Of a DNA stretch of 64,000 nt, positions 62,149-64,000 are shown one piece after another; position 1 is the first letter of the stretch, and every line of letters begins with the position of its first letter. The stretch spans positions 2,717-66,716 of the forward strand of contig CAZWQM010000001.1 in the NCBI GenBank assembly GCA_964636225.1, in the 5' to 3' direction. Below the pieces are notes generated by a model. That model did not search any database. It was not told the DNA's origin and was given only the letters and a program-made list of their open reading frames with translations. Position numbers and translations under genes: made by a program. Source of the DNA: an uncultured Thiotrichales bacterium. GTDB lineage: Bacteria > Pseudomonadota > Gammaproteobacteria > UBA4575.

Positions 62149-62155
62149 TTTTTAG

Positions 62156-63205
62156 CTAATCATCTGTTATTAACGTATCTGCAGATAGTATTTCTTCCAT
62201 GGGAGAAATATTTGCGGCGACTTCTTCTACATTTTCGAAGTACGCAATATGAAATAAAGGATCACCTTCATAGACTAAAGGCGTATGTGATTTTCCTATA
62301 ACTATGCCATTATTTTCGACTTTGACACGTTTAGGCTTATTCATACCCCCTACGTCTTCAATCACTCCAAGTGTTTGGCCAACAGTGACATGCTTGCCTA
62401 AAGTCGTTTTAGAACGGAAAATTCCACTCATGGTTGCCCTTGTCCAGCTGCTGGATTTGGCAATGGAAGGTTCATGCCGTCTGCCTTTAATCTTAGTATC
62501 GGCAGGTAGCATTTTCAGATATTTCAAAGTATTTAAAATGCCATTTAAACCCACGCGAATACAAACTTCGTTGTAGCGCATCGCTTCACCGGACTCATAG
62601 ACTATGATACTAACGCCTTTATCCTTCCCAGCACCGCGCAATGAGCCTTCTGGCAGTTTTGAATTTATTATTACAGGGACACCGAAAGCCTTGGCAAGTT
62701 TTCGCACGATCGGATCTTCAATATCGGCACGTATTTGAGGCACATTGTCACGATTGTTGGCACCTGTATGTAAATCAATGCCGTAAGTGCATTGGCTAAC
62801 AATTTCTTCCATGAACAGATAAGCAAACCGACCTGACAGAGAACCACTCGGAGATCCTGGAAAACAGCGATTCAGATCACGTCGATCTGGCATGTAGCGT
62901 GAGCGTTGAATCATTCCATAAATATTCACCGCAGGGACAGCGATAACTGTTCCGACTAAATTTTTGATGGATATACGTTTGACTAATCTTCTGACGATTT
63001 CAATGCCATTTAATTCATCACCATGCAAAGCCGCACTGATGAAAACATTTGGCCCACCTGGCTCGCCTGAAAATACATGTATGGGCATAACAAGCGGAGT
63101 ATCTGTATAGAGCGGTGGAAGAGGTATGTCGATTTGATAGTATCTTCGGGGAAGAATTCTTATTCCCGAAATTGTTAAAGCATGATCTAACAGTTCTCTA
63201 GCCAA
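62156..63205 (-). CDS. succinylglutamate desuccinylase/aspartoacylase (AstE/AspA) family zinc hydrolase
   Basis: HGDELNGIEI zinc-binding motif and the 349-aa family layout. Commonly paired with rimK. Confidence 0.7.
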   Translation of the reverse strand: MARELLDHALTISGIRILPRRYYQIDIPLPPLYTDTPLVMPIHVFSGEPGGPNVFISAALHGDELNGIEIVRRLVKRISIKNLVGTVIAVPAVNIYGMIQRSRYMPDRRDLNRCFPGSPSGSLSGRFAYLFMEEIVSQCTYGIDLHTGANNRDNVPQIRADIEDPIVRKLAKAFGVPVIINSKLPEGSLRGAGKDKGVSIIVYESGEAMRYNEVCIRVGLNGILNTLKYLKMLPADTKIKGRRHEPSIAKSSSWTRATMSGIFRSKTTLGKHVTVGQTLGVIEDVGGMNKPKRVKVENNGIVIGKSHTPLVYEGDPLFHIAYFENVEEVAANISPMEEILSADTLITDD

Positions 63206-63229
63206 TACAATAACCCATAATGAATTTAA

Positions 63230-64000
63230 TTAACCTTTGCCACGTGTTTGAGTTCGGTGAGGTTTAGCATTTTTTTCTATAAACGAAATAATCATGCCGG
63301 CCACATCCTTATTAGTTACGGTCTCAATTCCTTCAAGTCCCGGAGAAGAATTTACTTCCATCACAACAGGACCGTTATTAGAACGTAGTATATCCACACC
63401 AGCTACATTCAGGCCCATTTTTCTGGCGCCTTTGAGTGCAGTCGCGCGTTCAGCGGGTGACAGCTTCACTAGTTGCGCAGAACCACCCCTATGTAAATTA
63501 GAACGAAACTCACCTTCCATAGCGGTGCGCATCATGGCAGCCACTACTTTTTCACCTATCACGAAACAACGAATATCACTGCCACGAGCTTCCTTGACAA
63601 AACTTTGCACTAAAAAGTTTGCATTCAATTGCCTAAAAGCATCAATGATCGTTTCAGCGGCTTTTTGAGTTTCTGCTAGTACTATGCCTTTACCCTGAGT
63701 ACCCTCCAGGATTTTTACCACTAAAGGTGGTCCACCTACAACATTTATTAGATCGTTGGTATTTTTGGTTGAATTGGCAAAACCTGTTGGAGGCAGACCT
63801 ACCCCAGCCCGCGCAAGTATTTGCAGCGAGCGTAGTTTATCCCGGGAGCGAGTAATGGCGACCGACTCATTCAATGGGTAGGATCCCATCATTTCAAATT
63901 GCCTTAATACAGCACAGCCATAAAAAGTAATTGAAGCACCAATTCGGGGAATTACTGCATCAAAGTAGTCCAGTTCTTTGCCTTGTAAATGCACACAAGG
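63230..64000 (-). CDS. rimK: ribosomal protein S6--L-glutamate ligase RimK (ATP-grasp); the N-terminus lies beyond the window end
   Basis: [15 protein letters not shown]…[16 protein letters not shown]…[19 protein letters not shown]…RSNLHRGG…[14 protein letters not shown] is close to E. coli RimK. The gene continues past 64000. Confidence 0.85.
   Translation of the reverse strand, partial: PCVHLQGKELDYFDAVIPRIGASITFYGCAVLRQFEMMGSYPLNESVAITRSRDKLRSLQILARAGVGLPPTGFANSTKNTNDLINVVGGPPLVVKILEGTQGKGIVLAETQKAAETIIDAFRQLNANFLVQSFVKEARGSDIRCFVIGEKVVAAMMRTAMEGEFRSNLHRGGSAQLVKLSPAERATALKGARKMGLNVAGVDILRSNNGPVVMEVNSSPGLEGIETVTNKDVAGMIISFIEKNAKPHRTQTRGKG

Overview
Organism and overall content. This is a low-GC gammaproteobacterial chromosome segment, roughly 40-43% GC by eye. 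It carries mostly housekeeping genes: rhlE, typA, ettA, a second ABC-F ATPase, gltX, pgpA-thiL-nusB-ribH-ribBA-ribE-ribD-nrdR-glyA, purL, alkB, msrP, fur, aat, dusA, an M17 peptidase, five tRNAs and a tmRNA whose tag reads ANDDNFALAA. A free-standing fae gene (formaldehyde-activating enzyme) marks the organism as a methylotroph, most plausibly a marine low-GC Methylococcales- or Methylophaga-like lineage. Iron-uptake genes are present: a TonB-dependent receptor with a PepSY partner, and an exbB-exbD-exbD-tonB operon.

Main observations beyond routine annotation.
1. A roughly 3.8 kb islet inserted at tRNA-Leu. It is bounded by a degenerate 16-nt repeat of the tRNA 3' end and carries a tightly linked MazG-like NTP pyrophosphohydrolase plus a DUF2075 (nuclease-helicase, Nhi-like) gene, together with gene fragments. 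This is a candidate compact anti-phage or nucleotide-surveillance module.
2. A pattern of gene decay confined to accessory loci. Examples are a type II secretion remnant (gspC with at least three frameshifts at homopolymers, and a gspD reduced to its first 32 codons), a fetB-like permease with two frameshifts, a permease-CRTAC1 fusion with an N-terminal frameshift, in-frame stops in aat and in a hypothetical gene, and a tmRNA-adjacent scar holding katG and dienelactone-hydrolase remnants. Long housekeeping genes remain intact. This suggests ongoing genome reduction, possibly a host-restricted lifestyle, or else systematic homopolymer sequencing error.
3. Unusual individual genes: an orphan HslV-like Ntn hydrolase inside the nrdR-rib operon, a Met-rich 11-mer-repeat small membrane protein, and an ExeA-like AAA+ ATPase fused to an FHA domain downstream of fur.

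No CRISPR array, integrase or transposase was seen.
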